From Candidatus Bipolaricaulia bacterium (GTDB lineage Bacteria; Bipolaricaulota; Bipolaricaulia; RBG-16-55-9), in assembly GCA_042219045.1 (NCBI GenBank), contig JBDGQO010000031.1, forward strand, positions 1 to 34,680: a stretch of 34,680 nt of DNA. The letters run 5' to 3'. The first letter of the stretch is position 1. Every line of letters starts with the position of its first letter. Under the pieces are notes generated by a model. It was given only the letters and a program-made list of their open reading frames with translations. It was not told the origin of the DNA and searched no databases. The position numbers and the translations under genes were made by a program. This document shows, piece after piece, positions 32,895 through 34,680 of this stretch.

Positions 32895-33989
32895 ATGACT
32901 CGGATCCGATTCATCCCGATATTGATTGCGCTGATGGTGGTTGGCACCGGAATAAGCGTCGATGCCCAGCCGGTCTCCGTCTGCGACTACACGCCCCCGA
33001 CCAATCAACTGACCCAGTTGACGTTGAGCGGCGAGTACAACCAGTTCGAGGATCGCTATCTCGACGATCGCAACAACGTCAACTCCGGAAACATCATGTT
33101 GGACGGATTGGCCTGGTCTCAACGGGAAAACTGGAGCTACAATCTGGACGGGCAAGTCGACCTGCGCATCTCGCCCGAGGGCGTTGAGCTGGACTCCGCG
33201 CTCTCCAGCGATGGTCAAGCCCGTTACTTCCTCCAGGGGGACACCTTCGCGTTCGGCGGCGTAACCTCGTCGGGGCTGCCCGGCTCAGGCATCACCGTGA
33301 GCGGGTTGGCCGGCGCCGGCATCGGCCAATTCCGCAACGTGACCCCCATGGCCAAGGCGATTCGGATCGCCCAAACGCTGCAGGCGCAAGAAATACTGGA
33401 CGAGTTCCCCGCCGAGGAGACGATGAACAAGCTCGCGCAGGTTATTGGCAGCACCCGCTCCATGAACACGGCCGAGATGCTGCGCGAGATTGAAAGCCTG
33501 TTCGAGACGTCCTTCGACGTCGACGCCGTGTTGGCGCTCCAAAGCGTGATCAACGCCGACTTGACGCGCTTCTGTGGCTGGAATGCCACGGCCGGCCTCG
33601 GCTATCCCCTGGTCAATCCCGACGATGAGGACAACCCGTTCGTGCGCGCTCAAGTCAATTACGCGCTCCCGCTCGATCCCGAAGGGCGAATGCTTGTGCG
33701 GGCCGAGGGCCAAGCGCCGCTGCCGTTCGAGGGAGGCTACAACGTCAACGCCTCAGCCGATTACTATCGAACGCTGTCGCCGACGTCGACGCTGACGGCA
33801 ACGTATCAGTACACGCTCGTCCAGGAACCGACTGGGAATAACTACACCACCCATACCGTCAACTTGACCCTGAGCGGTCAAGTCCAACCGTCCCTGAACG
33901 TGACCGCCAATGCCCAGGCCTCGGTCGGCGATCGCTACGAGGAACCGGAATGGGGCTTCAACCTCGGCTTCGAATATCAAGTCTTCTAG
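32895..33989 (+). CDS. Probable outer-membrane beta-barrel protein
   Basis: AAGGAGG RBS, signal peptide, many alternating-hydrophobic strands, C-terminal WGFNLGFEYQVF ending in Phe. Confidence 0.65.
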   Translation: MTRIRFIPILIALMVVGTGISVDAQPVSVCDYTPPTNQLTQLTLSGEYNQFEDRYLDDRNNVNSGNIMLDGLAWSQRENWSYNLDGQVDLRISPEGVELDSALSSDGQARYFLQGDTFAFGGVTSSGLPGSGITVSGLAGAGIGQFRNVTPMAKAIRIAQTLQAQEILDEFPAEETMNKLAQVIGSTRSMNTAEMLREIESLFETSFDVDAVLALQSVINADLTRFCGWNATAGLGYPLVNPDDEDNPFVRAQVNYALPLDPEGRMLVRAEGQAPLPFEGGYNVNASADYYRTLSPTSTLTATYQYTLVQEPTGNNYTTHTVNLTLSGQVQPSLNVTANAQASVGDRYEEPEWGFNLGFEYQVF

Positions 33990-34014
33990 GGACGTCTGGC
34001 CCCCGACAACGTTT

Positions 34015-34049
34015 GGTGCCGGCGTCGGTCACGTCTCGACGCCGGCACC
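34015..34049. terminator. Perfect 13-bp hairpin between convergent genes
   Basis: GGTGCCGGCGTCG-n9-CGACGCCGGCACC. Confidence 0.65.
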
Positions 34050-34126
34050 GCCTCGAGTTTCCGCGGGTCAAGTTCTTGCAACTTGGGGCACCGAGCAAGG
34101 CACGCACGAGACGATCGGCCACGCGG

Positions 34127-34680
34127 CTACGGGCCACTGGAAACGTTCCGACGTATGAGCTCGGCGACCGTGTCAACATTCAATTCGACTAACGAGCCCA
34201 CAACCCACTCCGCCCGCCGATGGCCCTCGGTCGGTTGGTCGAGCACCGCGACGGCGACCATACCGGCCCGATGGGCGGCCTCCACGCCCGCAGCCGCGTC
34301 CTCGATAACGAGACAGCGCTCCGGCGGGACGTGGAGGCGTTGCGCGGCCGTTCGGAACACCTCGGGGTCGGGTTTGCCGGCGGCCACGTCATCGCCCGTC
34401 ACTTGGGCTTCGAAAAACCGCGACAGCCCGAGTTCCTCGATCATCATCGTCGCGTTCGCCCGAGGGGCCGACGTGCCGAGTGCTAGCGGATAACCCGCGT
34501 CGTGAAGCGCCTCCACAAGCTCGCGAGCGCCGGCCAGTGGCTGCAGACGGCCGCGAGCTCGCTCGCGGAAAAGCCCTTCCTTTCGGTCCGACTGGCGCTG
34601 CATCTCCTGCGGAGATAGCTCATCGTCGTAGAGCGTGTGGAAGACGTCGGCGTTGCGCCGCCCGAACGTTTCCCGAAACC
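34127..34680 (-). CDS. HAD-family phosphatase (beta-PGM/CbbY-like), 5' end outside the window
   Basis: LGTSA, GKPDPEVF, CLVIEDAAAGVEAAHRAGM; frame stays open to the window edge (FRETFGRRNADVF). Confidence 0.9.
   Translation of the reverse strand, partial: FRETFGRRNADVFHTLYDDELSPQEMQRQSDRKEGLFRERARGRLQPLAGARELVEALHDAGYPLALGTSAPRANATMMIEELGLSRFFEAQVTGDDVAAGKPDPEVFRTAAQRLHVPPERCLVIEDAAAGVEAAHRAGMVAVAVLDQPTEGHRRAEWVVGSLVELNVDTVAELIRRNVSSGP

Noticed and set aside
1..34680. CRISPR array, IS element, prophage or integrase
   Set aside because: No regularly spaced repeats, transposase, integrase or phage genes were recognised.

Overview
GC-rich bacterial DNA with sigma70-type promoters and many very acidic proteins, suggesting a halophile. 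A haloarchaeal-type dCTP deaminase-like gene and a halocyanin-like gene fit this; a Bipolaricaulota/Acetothermia-like lineage is only a guess. No rRNA, tRNA, CRISPR array or transposase was recognised. The window is dominated by metal handling: a Fur/PerR-family regulator, an FTR1 iron-permease operon, a molybdenum-cofactor cluster (xdhC, mocA-like, moaE, moaC-moaB fusion, moeA), an ArsR/SmtB plus P1B-2 ATPase pair and three type-1 copper cupredoxins. It also holds a BlaI/M56 (BlaR1-like) pair with a tandem beta-helix sensor, an M1 peptidase, an AhpD-like peroxidase, a CehA/McbA hydrolase, mlaE-F-D and a probable outer-membrane beta-barrel. The standout is the translationally coupled minus-strand operon at 3761-9802, behind a Fur-like box. 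It encodes two secreted cohesin proteins and one secreted dockerin protein, all carrying acidic helical modules like the extracellular domain of the FTR1 permease, plus a NosFY-like ABC pair and the permease itself. This looks like a cellulosome-style cohesin-dockerin assembly used for iron capture. A candidate plus-strand antisense hairpin RNA sits in its leader. All family calls come from motif recognition by eye; no searches were run.
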